A stretch of 64,000 nt of DNA from an uncultured Nitrososphaeraceae archaeon (lineage in GTDB: Archaea; Thermoproteota; Nitrososphaeria; Nitrososphaerales; Nitrososphaeraceae), in assembly GCA_963837175.1 (NCBI GenBank), contig CAWIMJ010000047.1, positions 32,001 to 96,000 on the forward strand. Reading direction: 5' to 3'. A program made the position numbers and the translations under genes. Positions 45,224-55,590 of the stretch are shown piece after piece (position 1 is the first letter of the stretch; each line of letters begins with the position of its first letter). Under the pieces are notes generated by a model. That model made no database searches, had not been told where the DNA came from, and saw only the letters and a list, made by a program, of their open reading frames with translations.

Positions 45224-45358
45224 TTAATTTTCCTTTAGTACATCTTCAATAGCCTGACTAGCGTTAAGCATACCTTTGATTTTTGCATAATTTTCTATAA
45301 ATTTCCATTGCTCTTGTGAGAAACATATGGGCATCGTTTTTTCACTGTTATCACGCAT
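45224..45358 (-). CDS. 44-aa ribbon-helix-helix-like small protein
   Basis: MRDNSEKTMPICFSQEQWKFIENYAKIKGMLNASQAIEDVLKEN*; below ORF-track cut-off. Confidence 0.55.
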   Translation of the reverse strand: MRDNSEKTMPICFSQEQWKFIENYAKIKGMLNASQAIEDVLKEN

Positions 45359-45474
45359 ATGATTTCAGACATTATTCAAGATTATAATTGTTCCTATTTC
45401 AGAACTCTTTTTGAAGAGACAAAATACGTACATGAAGACTTCATTAACCGAGAGGCATATATGACAAAAATTGC

Positions 45475-45868
45475 TTAACCTTTAACTCTCGCAATTTTTA
45501 TCCGTTCCATAACCTTCCAATATTCCACCTCTCCTCCTTGCCTAATCTTGTCTCGGATTTCATCCTCAACTGAGGAGGTTTCAAAGACCTCGAATGTTTC
45601 GAGATCCATTATTTGTAGCAGTTGATCAGAAATGGAAATCACTTGACCATTTCTTTTATCTATTAAAGGAACTTCTATATTCGCCGATACAGGAGATACA
45701 AGACTATGCCTTGATCCATCAAAAACTCCTATTGCTGCCTACTCTTGCTTTTGCTGAACCATGTTTTCCGGGTTTGCTATGGTCATATGAAACTATTCTG
45801 CAAGGCTCGCCGTCTATCATGATATAAGAACCAACTTTAAGGCTGCCAAGATCCATCGGCCTGCTCAA
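45475..45868 (-). CDS. eif5a: Translation factor aIF5A, carrying one extra base near 45734-45739
   Basis: [26 protein letters not shown]...[13 protein letters not shown] then AAIGVFDG...QIMDLETFE...VEYWKVMER; length 394 = 3n+1. Confidence 0.92.
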
Positions 45869-46499
45869 TACTTATCAGAATTTTAGGACTTATATTCATA
45901 TTTAGGTATATCTATTGTGTATAAATAATTATGAGCATATGATCTATCAATGTCTATTCTGTCTTGCTCGGAAATAAGCCTAGCAAAGCACAACAAAATT
46001 TATTTGGAGATATTAAATTCAAATCATACAAATCAATGGGTAGATTGCAAGCTTTTTCTAATAGGGGAATTTTTAAAAAGCATGCTTACAACATGTAATT
46101 GAAAATTGGAATGATATTAACATGCTAGCTATCGTGCTAAAATAAAGTCCTTATGTCGTACCGCTGAGTCATAATGAATTTAATATACTTGCGTCTCAAA
46201 AATCTCCTATGAATCTATTTCCATTCTGTCAGACACGTAAATCATTGCCTAAAATTGGAAAAATACAGTTGTGGCTATTCTATAAGAACATAAAATTATG
46301 GTTTTTATCGGAGATAATTACCAAACGCATTAACTTAATTTGAATTTAAAGGTGAATAGAGAGATTTTTCTTTAATTAACAAGGAGAAATCAGCATTTTC
46401 AGAGTAAATATTAAAATATTAATTAATTGTCGTTTACAAGCCGTGTCCAGCCTATTGTTCTTCCTATTGATTAACTTGTTCTTCTCTCAGGTATTATTG

Positions 46500-46892
46500 T
46501 CGTTTGTATGGAAAACATGTCCATGGAGAAGCTGATCCTCCTAGCTTTCTACAGATAATTAAAAAATGACGTATTAAGAGTATAGCTGATAACTATCTCA
46601 GCTAAAGCAAACTCTACTAGCAATGTGCAAGACGAGGATTATGGTCAATCACCTGTAAATATAGGGATTGTCCTGCACTTATGAATATATCCGGTCTTCA
46701 TTGTCCCTCTATTATCATATTTGCAATTTGCAATGAAAGCCTACCATAATCGAGATAGCCATAACCTGTCTCTTTCTCGAATAGAGGTCCCAGCTGACTT
46801 TCGAATGGCTTTATTAGAAAACAGTATTCATTATGAAAACGTTTCCTCGATTCAAATTTGGTATATCGTTTCCAATTTCCAATAGGAACCAT
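46500..46892 (-). pseudogene. Decayed molybdate/tungstate ABC substrate-binding protein (ModA/WtpA-like)
   Basis: LIKPFESQLGPLFEKETGY...SLQIANMIIEGQ*RPDIFISAG then LVEFALAEIVISY...EKAR, with stops and shifts; boundaries approximate. Confidence 0.55.
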
Positions 46893-47234
46893 ATACCGAT
46901 AATCAACGATAGAGCAATTGGTGTTAAAAGTATGACAAAAAAAAGCGCTTATTAAACCGAGCGAATACTTTTGTAACCTCTTCTATTATTTAATACTACT
47001 ATCATGGCCTTAATGCCCCCCTTATCAAAATATCTCAATCTTCCGCATTTTGCAATTTTTCTATCTTGTAAATAATATCAAAAAAGGCTACTATACTACT
47101 AATCGTTTTTAAGAATAACATTTAATCAGCTTTTATTTTACTGTTCAATTGCTAATTCCATAATCCTTATAAAAGATTACCTAGCTATAAAAATTGTTAT
47201 CCAATAATACTCGACACTCACGTTTACAATATTA

Positions 47235-47831
47235 TTACTTTAATTTTTCTAATATAGAAAAGCTCATAAGATTATTTAAAGAGATTCCCTTCCTTGCGAC
47301 ATCTCTTCTTGTTCTTTCACAATACTTCTGGTCGCTCTGGTGCGTTTTTTCTCCTTCTACTTCTAGTACTATAATATTCTTTGAATATGGAAAAGTAAAC
47401 TTTAATTGCTCTGTAGTCAAAATTCGAATATTTGCTAGACTTGCTCTTTGTACGCGCTCTCTTTTAATTATAACTTCTTCAACATCAGATATCTCGATTT
47501 CACTGTAATTGTATTTCGTAAAATAGGTCGAAATATAGTTCAGCTTTTTGCCACAACGTTCAAAAAAAGCGCTATCCAGATTGAAAACGAATGACAAGCT
47601 GTCCATATTTTGCTTTCTAATATCTTCTAATACAATCTGCATATCTTTAAACGATGCAAGGATATAATGATATGCCCTTTTAGGGAAATAAGGAAGAGTT
47701 TCATCAGAGAATGTTGCTGTGACAAAATAGATATCAAAAATACTGCCGGTTTGTCTCCATTGATCTACTAAGGAGCTGCATTTTTTTTCATGTGGTGTAC
47801 ACACGTATCCCAGTACGGCTCCTACCTCCAC
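47235..47831 (-). CDS. Conserved hypothetical protein
   Basis: 198-aa ORF from GTG, no recognised motif. Confidence 0.7.
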   Translation of the reverse strand: MEVGAVLGYVCTPHEKKCSSLVDQWRQTGSIFDIYFVTATFSDETLPYFPKRAYHYILASFKDMQIVLEDIRKQNMDSLSFVFNLDSAFFERCGKKLNYISTYFTKYNYSEIEISDVEEVIIKRERVQRASLANIRILTTEQLKFTFPYSKNIIVLEVEGEKTHQSDQKYCERTRRDVARKGISLNNLMSFSILEKLK

Positions 47832-48412
47832 AGCTAATCCAATTTCAGTTATTTTGCTAACGTATATATATTGTGAATCAATCGAGAAGTTTTTTTATAT
47901 GCATTATTTCTTTGCAGAGATATTATCTTGAGGACATACCAATACTAGTTTTCAATTTGCAATAATTTCGGATTGTGTTTGTCAAAATTGTATGAGACTA
48001 TGTCCCACGTTATCAAGCAAATTAGCATGCTTATGTCTGCATTATAGATACATACGTGAAAGCAATATCAAACAATATTGAAGGGCTATGACGATTCTAA
48101 TTTATTTAGCAGAGAAATAAATTGTACTTCGATTGAATTTTCATATTAATAGCTTCAAGTTTAAGCTTTGTCTTTCAATGATTTCTTTAAGAATAATACT
48201 AACTATTTAGAGCCTTCAACATTTTTCACTATTATCATAATAAAAAGAAACGAAGTAACAATAATAGTTTCTAGCCACATTATAGTCCTACCGACATGGA
48301 CAAAAAGGATGTAAGTTACTTTTTCTAATAAATTTAGAAAGATTTCACCTCATTTTTGCTCAGATTAAAGAATCAATTTCGTATACATGTACATGGTATC
48401 TTCAATGAGAAA

Positions 48413-49309
48413 CTAGAACTGAACTCTGCAATTAAAGGCTTTTGTACTAGCGGCTGTATGCCATTTAGCCGATCCCACTTCTTTTACTTTCAATTTATAA
48501 TACGGAAGTGTTACATAGCATATAATAAGAGAGAAAGCTCCTAATGGATCACGAATGCAATTGCGCACTGCTTCCATAATGGCAATCTTCAAGGGAAGGT
48601 CAGATCGGAATCTAGAATAATAAGCATGAAGCTGCTTGTGGCCAATAGCTGCCCTAATGACTTGTGAAGCAAAGTCAAATACCTTATTTGGAGGCAGGAA
48701 ATAAACCAATGCATTGTCATTATAGACAATTTCTAAGCCAAATTCTAGAATCTTACATTGAAGGTATAGATCTATCGAAATTATGTCACGAGGTATGATA
48801 ATTTTTTTTGCAACTTCAGAAGTCACTGAAAGTGCTCTACCCATGACGGTATACTGCGATAAACCTTGACGCCTAACCGAGCGAAGCCAATATGCAATGA
48901 ACGAAGATGCCCTTCCGGCTATACCCTTAATTTGAACAGGTTGAGGATTCGAGGCGCAAAGAACTGTTGCCTTTTTTAAAACAGATACGAGTTGTGGCGT
49001 AGCATATTTATCGATAACAATATCAGCATCATATAAAACAATGATATCTCCGGTCGCTCTGTGGAAGATTTCATTCCAAGCTTCTGCCGCTCCTCTTCTT
49101 GTATGATGATGTATCAAATTAATATTAACCTGCGAATTTTCTTTGGCAAAGTTTTCGACAAGTTCTGGTGTATTATCACTCGAGTCATCTGAAATTATTA
49201 TCTCTGAAATGAAATAATCTTTTGAAGATTGAGTGATCAGCGAATTTAAAAGGTTGATTATGTTCTGTTCTTCGTTATACGAAGGTATACCAATTGTTAC
49301 GCGTTTCAT
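48413..49309 (-). CDS. Glycosyltransferase family 2
   Basis: IGIPSYNEE, SDDSSDNT, YDAD. Confidence 0.9.
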   Translation of the reverse strand: MKRVTIGIPSYNEEQNIINLLNSLITQSSKDYFISEIIISDDSSDNTPELVENFAKENSQVNINLIHHHTRRGAAEAWNEIFHRATGDIIVLYDADIVIDKYATPQLVSVLKKATVLCASNPQPVQIKGIAGRASSFIAYWLRSVRRQGLSQYTVMGRALSVTSEVAKKIIIPRDIISIDLYLQCKILEFGLEIVYNDNALVYFLPPNKVFDFASQVIRAAIGHKQLHAYYSRFRSDLPLKIAIMEAVRNCIRDPLGAFSLIICYVTLPYYKLKVKEVGSAKWHTAASTKAFNCRVQF

Positions 49310-49926
49310 CCGTCATATCAAGGATTACAGTGTGTACATATGTAGTTTATGTCTTATTGTCATGAACAAACTTATGACTAGGTCTTAGAATTGACTGATA
49401 ATCACGGTTTCCACTTTTTTTATCATTTTATTTGGTTTAAATTGATATATACTGCTAACATATCAAACTAACTAAAACTGGATACCTCATCTTCAATCTG
49501 GAGCACATTATAAGCAAGACTACGAATAGATTCTTCTCGAATTAGAACCCTTTCGTTGTTATTTTTGCCTGTCGATAAAATTATTGCCAAATGCTAAGTC
49601 AGTAGAGTGTCTAGAAAAGGAGTAAAGACACACCAAGATATTCAATATTATTATCGATATTCCGTCGTAAACCTAAATAATTTTCAACTGACTTGGAAAT
49701 GCTAAATCATCAACAAAAAAAGCATTACATTCTTGTAACCAATCACTATAGAATACATAGAACAAACAATTGAAGAACAAAGTAAGAAAAGGAGTCAAAT
49801 CATAAAATTTCAGTAGTAGCATCCACATGGAAGATATTGAATTATAAACTTCCAAATCTTGTAAATCAACAAAATACCATATGCGTAAGTATTCATATTC
49901 CCACAAAGATATGATATCTGACACCT

Positions 49927-50898
49927 GTGCAGACATATAGCCTTGATACTGATACCGTCTATCGTAAAATTAGTAGAGATGTAGGATTATGTAAGAAGGA
50001 CATGGTTTTTCCCATTTTTATTCAAGAACAGGGAAAAAAGTTTCATCATATCAATACAATGCCTGGTATGACTTTAACGCCCTTATCACAAATCATCTAC
50101 CAAGTACAGAAGGTGTTAGATGCTGGAATTTCATCAATAATTATATTTGGCATTCCTACGAAACGTGACCGTATTGGATATCATGCTTCAAAAAAAAATG
50201 GGATAATACAGCGCGCATTGCTACTGATTAAGAATAAATTTGGAAATTTGATCAATGTGACGACTGACGTATGTCTATGCCAGTATAATTTCTCTGGTCA
50301 TTGCGGAGTAGTGTTTGATAATGGCAATATAGACAACGACACTACCTTACGATTTCTATCTGAAATCGCTCTAAGCCATGCAGAGGCAGGCGCTGATATA
50401 GTCGCACCTTCTTCTATGATGGATGGTCAAGTACTTTCAATAAGAAATTCGCTTGATAAACATGGTTTTATAAAGACTAAAATTTTATCTTACTCTGCCA
50501 AATATCATTCATCCCTTTACATACCCTTTAGATTTGCCATGTTTTCAAAGGAATCTAATTATAAGAATCTAAATAAATCATCATACCAAATAGCATATAC
50601 AAATCCAAAAGAGACAATGAGGGAAATTGAAAATGACATTCGAGAGGGAGCAGACATGGTTATGATAAAACCAGCAATGACATACTTGGATATTATATAT
50701 ATGATAAAAGAAAAATTAAAGTTCCCTCTTGCGGTTCAGAATGTCTCCGGTGAATATGCTATGATAAAGGCCGCAGCCAGGCGAGGATGGCTACAGGAAG
50801 AGAATGCCAAACTTAATTCTATTGTCGCGATGAAAAGGGCAGGAGCGGACAAAATAATCACCTATTTTGCTATGGACATAGCTAGATATTTAGATTAA
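49927..50898 (+). CDS. hemB: Porphobilinogen synthase (Zn-type)
   Basis: DVCLCQY..SGHCG, APSSMMDG, SYSAKY, EGADMVMIKP, VSGEYAMIKAA. Confidence 0.95.
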   Translation: MQTYSLDTDTVYRKISRDVGLCKKDMVFPIFIQEQGKKFHHINTMPGMTLTPLSQIIYQVQKVLDAGISSIIIFGIPTKRDRIGYHASKKNGIIQRALLLIKNKFGNLINVTTDVCLCQYNFSGHCGVVFDNGNIDNDTTLRFLSEIALSHAEAGADIVAPSSMMDGQVLSIRNSLDKHGFIKTKILSYSAKYHSSLYIPFRFAMFSKESNYKNLNKSSYQIAYTNPKETMREIENDIREGADMVMIKPAMTYLDIIYMIKEKLKFPLAVQNVSGEYAMIKAAARRGWLQEENAKLNSIVAMKRAGADKIITYFAMDIARYLD

Positions 50899-50941
50899 CC
50901 CTAGTCACAATTATATATAATTCTTACAACAAACGAACTGT

Positions 50942-51109
50942 CCCGCGGTAGCTCAGCCTGGTAGAGCTTTCGGCTGTAGATGTCGGCTTACTCTCATTAG
51001 CTGACCACGAGAATCAGCCTATTAGGCATACAATGTGCAGTAACCGAAGAGTCGCAGGCTCAAACAATCGTAGATAAGAACTATGTTGGAGCAGATCCTG
51101 CCCGCGGGA
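50942..51109 (+). tRNA. tRNA-Tyr(GTA) with two introns: 50980-51042 (position 37/38) and 51064-51094 (position 58/59)
   Basis: Acceptor CCCGCGG/CCGCGGG plus A73, D-arm GCTC/GAGC, anticodon stem TTCGG/CCGAA, T-stem GCAGG/CCTGC; BHB-type motifs at both introns; TATA near 50911. Confidence 0.92.
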
Positions 51110-51173
51110 TACAATTTTAGTCCCGAATTACTTAGTTATTATATATGAATATTAGATATACACCGGTAAAGAT

Positions 51174-52568
51174 ATGTCAAATACAATTGAAACAATCAAT
51201 CCAGCAACCGGGAAAGTAATTGGGAGTTATAATAGCATGAGTATAGAAGAAATCAATCAAAAAACGAAAAATGCTAGGAATTCTTTTGAAGATTGGAAAA
51301 AGCTGGATATTTCAGAACGATGTACATATATGCGACGCCTTGGGAGAGTCATGAAGAAAAACAAAGAAGATTATGCAAAATTAATCACAGAGGAAATGGG
51401 TAAACCAATAAGACAATCGCTGGCTGAGATAGATAAGTGTGCCTGGGTTTGTGATTATTACTCAGAACATGCAGAATCTTTTTTAAGAGACGAATTAATT
51501 CCTACAGAGTTTCGGAAAAGTTTCGTGTCTTTTGAACCACTTGGGGTTATTGCCTGTATTATGCCATGGAATTTTCCTTTTTGGCAAGTAATGCGTTTTG
51601 CCGTTCCCGCATTAGCAGCAGGAAATGTGGGAATTCTAAAACATTCAAGTGTATGTCTAGGTACATCTCTCCAAATTGAACAGGCATTTAAAGACGCAGG
51701 CTTTCCTGAGAATATTTTTCAGTCGATAATTGGAGATTATAGAGCAGGAGAAGCGCTGACACAGTCAGATATCGATGCTGTATCAGTTACCGGTAGTGTT
51801 AATACTGGAAGAAGAGTAGCAGAACTAGCTACGAAGGAATTAAAAAAGTTTGTTTTGGAACTTGGGGGAAGTGATCCTTTTATAGTTCTTGAAGATGCAG
51901 ATTTAAATCAAACTGCACATATGGCAGCTCAATCTAGACTTCTGAACAACGGTCAAAGCTGCATTGCGGCAAAAAGATTTATTGTTGTGAAAAATGTAGC
52001 AGACAAGTTTACTAAACTATTTGTCGAAGAAACAGAGTCAGAAGTAGTAGGAGATCCAATGGATTCAAAGACAACCGTAGGACCTTTAGTTCGTGATAGC
52101 CAAAGAGAGGCATTGGCAAAGCAGGTTGACGATGCTAGAACTAGAGGTGCATCCATTTTAACTGGAGGAAATTCAATCAACAGGGATGGTTATTTTTACG
52201 AACCAACAATAGTATCTCACGTAGATCATAATATGAAGATCGTAAAAGAAGAAGTATTTGGTCCTGCCGCGCCTATAATTGTCGTGAACGACGAAGAAGA
52301 AGCGATCAGGGAAGCAAACAACTCAGAGTTTGGATTAGGAGCCAGCATATGGACAAATAATATCGAAAGAGGTATTCTTCTTGCAAGAAAAGTTGAGAGC
52401 GGGATAGTTTCAGTAAATGAGATGGTACGGTCTGATCCACGACTTCCTTTTGGTGGAATAAAACATTCTGGTATAGGACGAGAACTGTCTGAAGTAGGCA
52501 TCAAGGAGTTTGTTAATATAAAGTCCGTAGTAGTAAAAGACATAACTAGTAAATTACTTGTAGAATGA
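51174..52568 (+). CDS. NAD(P)-dependent succinate-semialdehyde dehydrogenase family ALDH
   Basis: MPWNFPFWQ, VTGS, LELGGSDPF, GQSCIAAKRF, EEVFGP, PFGGIK.SG.GRE. Confidence 0.9.
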   Translation: MSNTIETINPATGKVIGSYNSMSIEEINQKTKNARNSFEDWKKLDISERCTYMRRLGRVMKKNKEDYAKLITEEMGKPIRQSLAEIDKCAWVCDYYSEHAESFLRDELIPTEFRKSFVSFEPLGVIACIMPWNFPFWQVMRFAVPALAAGNVGILKHSSVCLGTSLQIEQAFKDAGFPENIFQSIIGDYRAGEALTQSDIDAVSVTGSVNTGRRVAELATKELKKFVLELGGSDPFIVLEDADLNQTAHMAAQSRLLNNGQSCIAAKRFIVVKNVADKFTKLFVEETESEVVGDPMDSKTTVGPLVRDSQREALAKQVDDARTRGASILTGGNSINRDGYFYEPTIVSHVDHNMKIVKEEVFGPAAPIIVVNDEEEAIREANNSEFGLGASIWTNNIERGILLARKVESGIVSVNEMVRSDPRLPFGGIKHSGIGRELSEVGIKEFVNIKSVVVKDITSKLLVE

Positions 52569-52597
52569 TCTTTCTTTCTTTTCTTCTGAAGGTTTTC

Positions 52598-53122
52598 CTA
52601 CACAGATACGAGCTTAAGTCGCTTAGCCATCTTCAGTCTTGCCTCAATCACACTTAGTTGCTCTTCTAAAAGTTTTCTATATCCAACTAATAGTTTCTCC
52701 TGTTGGCCATAGTGTTCTTTTCGTATATCGGTCATTATCTTTTCAAAAACAGTGACTATGGTTTCAATATTGTCACCCAGCTTTTGAATGTCACGTGCAT
52801 CTTTTTTTATATCGAGATCAGCGGTTTGGGCAGCTTGAGCTTTTAACCCTGTAGTTTTTTCCTCTGTTATCGCCTTAGCTTTTTGCCCTAAAGATATAGC
52901 CAGATCTCTTAAAGATTGTCCGGCATCTTTTGCTTTGGCGGAGATCGATTCTTCTTCCGAAGAAGGTTTTACCTCATAACTCTTATATTCAGCCTTCGAA
53001 GGAGTTGCTACCACTATCTTGTCTTCAAGATTTGAGGTCAACGATTCTTTAGAGGTATTTGAGATTGGTTCTTTTATTGGCTTTTTCTGAGAAGTTATAG
53101 AGTTATTTTCGTCATTGCTCAC
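52598..53122 (-). CDS. Hypothetical coiled-coil protein
   Basis: 174-aa ORF with hydrophilic N-terminus and helical C-terminus. Confidence 0.7.
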   Translation of the reverse strand: MSNDENNSITSQKKPIKEPISNTSKESLTSNLEDKIVVATPSKAEYKSYEVKPSSEEESISAKAKDAGQSLRDLAISLGQKAKAITEEKTTGLKAQAAQTADLDIKKDARDIQKLGDNIETIVTVFEKIMTDIRKEHYGQQEKLLVGYRKLLEEQLSVIEARLKMAKRLKLVSV

Positions 53123-53455
53123 GCTGTATTAAAGTCATTAATACTTATAAGAAGTTTATTTCTAGCATTCATCGATGAAATTTAGCATATAACAGTATTT
53201 ATGTCCATGCTAGGTCATACTAAATAAGAGTTTTAGATAATTAATCGCTTTTCATCTATTATCTTGTATTTGGTTTACCGAAAAAAAGATCCGGTACCAG
53301 AATTTTGGGAATCTTATTATAGATATTAATCTATACGCGTTTAATAGATCGCGTTAGTCCTTAATTAAGAGGTTAGGTTGCAAACATAATAATAACAATA
53401 AATCAAGAGGAAACAAGATAAAACGTATATATCTTATGTCAGGCCAGGTTAAGGC

Positions 53456-53741
53456 ATGAACAAAACCAAACAATCAAAAAAAATAATCTTATCTGCATCT
53501 TCCCTATATGCAATACTAGTCATATCATCCTTAGCTGTAATCGGTAGTGGTGTATTCGTATCTAATGCTCCAGCACAAAACACGACTGGCGAAAATGCGA
53601 CTGGAACTGAGTTTATGGGAAGCACTGTTAACACAACTAATGCTACTTCTTCACCTCAAGCTTCGATGGGAGATGTCTGGTGTCACTGAACTTACTCAGG
53701 GTAACATGACAACAGGTAACCAAAGCAGTCCAACTCCATAA
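53456..53741 (+). CDS. Small secreted Thr/Asn-rich protein, probable extra base near 53667-53680
   Basis: Signal/TM segment then NTT, NAT, NTTNAT; the same composition continues in the shifted frame (GNMTTGNQSSPTP*). Confidence 0.6.
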
Positions 53742-53749
53742 TTTTAACT

Positions 53750-53783
53750 TGCCAAGTCAAAGTTGGCAGCCACTGTTTTTTTT
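53750..53783 (+). terminator. Hairpin plus oligo-T putative terminator
   Basis: TGCCAA/TTGGCA stem followed by a T8 run just after the ORF stop. Confidence 0.4.
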
Positions 53784-54259
53784 GCGGTTACTATTTTTTA
53801 TTCTAAATAATAGAAATTGTATATTATTGAAATAGATCTATTTCATACCCTCATAGCTCCTCAGATCGGCAGCATAATTTCGGGAGAAGTCAATGCAAGT
53901 TATAGCTTTTATCGCAATACAGGCTAGCAATGCCATGGCCAAATTAAAGAACCAGGACAGTCGAAACTGCAAAATAATAATCAAAATAGCAATGAGCTAC
54001 AACATTCTATCAATCTGTAAGAATAGAATAGAATAGAAACAAAAGATCAAATAATTTAATGATATTTCCTACGAAATAGAGTGATAATCAATGATCTTAA
54101 TAATTATTGATTTCATATTTTTTTGAATGACAAGATAGTAAAGTATAAAATAAATCAAGCCAATTATGACCTGATTTTATATGTTGCGATTACAGCTTTC
54201 TAAACTGTCATGTCTATGAATTGCTAACGTGATTATCTCTGTCTGAAGACCATCTATCC

Positions 54260-55363
54260 TCATGGTGTTAAAACGGCCCTACCTATAATTTTGCCGCCTT
54301 TAAGTTCATTAAGTGCTTCGTTTACCTGATCCAATTTATATTTTCTTGACACCACTGATTGAATTTTTCCAGATCTTGCCAGAGCCACTAGGTCCACCAA
54401 ATCAGCAAATTTACCGGTGTAAGCGCCTGTCAACGTGAATGCTCTCAATGGAATCAATGGTAAATTTAGCTCTAAGGCTCCCCCGAAAAGGCCTACCATA
54501 ATGAGTCGACCTCGTTTCCTTATCATATTAATCGTATTCTGCGCAGTTTTACTATTATTAACAAAATCTATAACAATTTCACTTCCTAGCCCTCCTGTAA
54601 TATCCTTTACTCCTTGTACTGGATTTGTTGAAAGCGAATTTATTGTTTCATCGGCTCCTAATCTTTTTGCCTCTGAGAGCTTCTTATCGTCGACATCAAC
54701 GATCACTACTCGAGCATTGGTTATAGCCTTCGCAAGCTGAACTGCCATCAGGCCTAGCCCTCCAGCTCCAACCAATACTATGGTTTCGCTCGCCTGTGCA
54801 TATGCCTTTTTCACTGCAGTATACGCAGTAAGACCTGAACAAGCTAGTGATGCTGAAGAATTGATATCCAAGTTCTGTATCTTTACAAGGTATTTATGAC
54901 TTGGAACAAGTATTAGCTCTGAATAACCGCCATCTTGGTATATCCCCAAAGTACGCGGTAAATCACATAAGTTTTCTTCTCCAATTCGACATGCTGGACA
55001 TAGTCCTTCTCCTATCCAAGGATAAACTAACACTCGTTCGCCTGTCTGAAAGCCTGTAACCGACTCGCCTAACTCTTCGACTCGACCGGCTACTTCATGG
55101 CCTGGAGTCAAAGGAAACTTTACACCGCGATCTTCTACCTTCATAAAAACCCCTGGGGGTCCCGCATAACCTCCTTCCCAAAGATGCAAATCACTATGAC
55201 AAACACCAGCTGATTCGACTCTCACTAAAACCTGTTCATTTTTTGGCTTTGGAGTTTTAAGATCTTCGAGATGTAGAGGCTCCTTCGTTTTTACGATACG
55301 AGCGGATTTCATACTAGCGTTCTTCTCCATGATACCGTTATAATTATTGATCGTCATCAGCAT
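54260..55363 (-). CDS. Zn-dependent alcohol dehydrogenase
   Basis: GVCHSD, GHE, CPAC..GEENLC, LACSGLTAY, GAGGLG; true start probably at MKSARIV. Confidence 0.92.
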   Translation of the reverse strand: MLMTINNYNGIMEKNASMKSARIVKTKEPLHLEDLKTPKPKNEQVLVRVESAGVCHSDLHLWEGGYAGPPGVFMKVEDRGVKFPLTPGHEVAGRVEELGESVTGFQTGERVLVYPWIGEGLCPACRIGEENLCDLPRTLGIYQDGGYSELILVPSHKYLVKIQNLDINSSASLACSGLTAYTAVKKAYAQASETIVLVGAGGLGLMAVQLAKAITNARVVIVDVDDKKLSEAKRLGADETINSLSTNPVQGVKDITGGLGSEIVIDFVNNSKTAQNTINMIRKRGRLIMVGLFGGALELNLPLIPLRAFTLTGAYTGKFADLVDLVALARSGKIQSVVSRKYKLDQVNEALNELKGGKIIGRAVLTP

Positions 55364-55590
55364 GTTACTTAACTGTTTAAATAAAATTTGTTAATGTTAT
55401 GATAAATATATATTTAATAATTGGTTTGCTTAATTCATTACGAGATCAGTTCACTACCAATGCAAATATAGTAGCTCATTCTATTCCTAAATAACTTGAA
55501 GTGAAAGTTGGATCCAAAAACTGCCTCAAATTCAACAATTTGGCAAGCATTTAGCTATATTTATATAAAGAATTTGCTCGAAATTTAAGG

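Noticed and set aside
6152-45739. Programmed ribosomal frameshifting or further introns at the single-base lesions
   Set aside because: No slippery heptamers or BHB folds at these sites; each needs only a one-base deletion.
50979-50988. GATGTCGGCT at the tRNA intron 1 junction matches the LSU rRNA segment near the C/D sRNA target
   Set aside because: Only 6-7 nt could pair with the guide; most likely coincidence.
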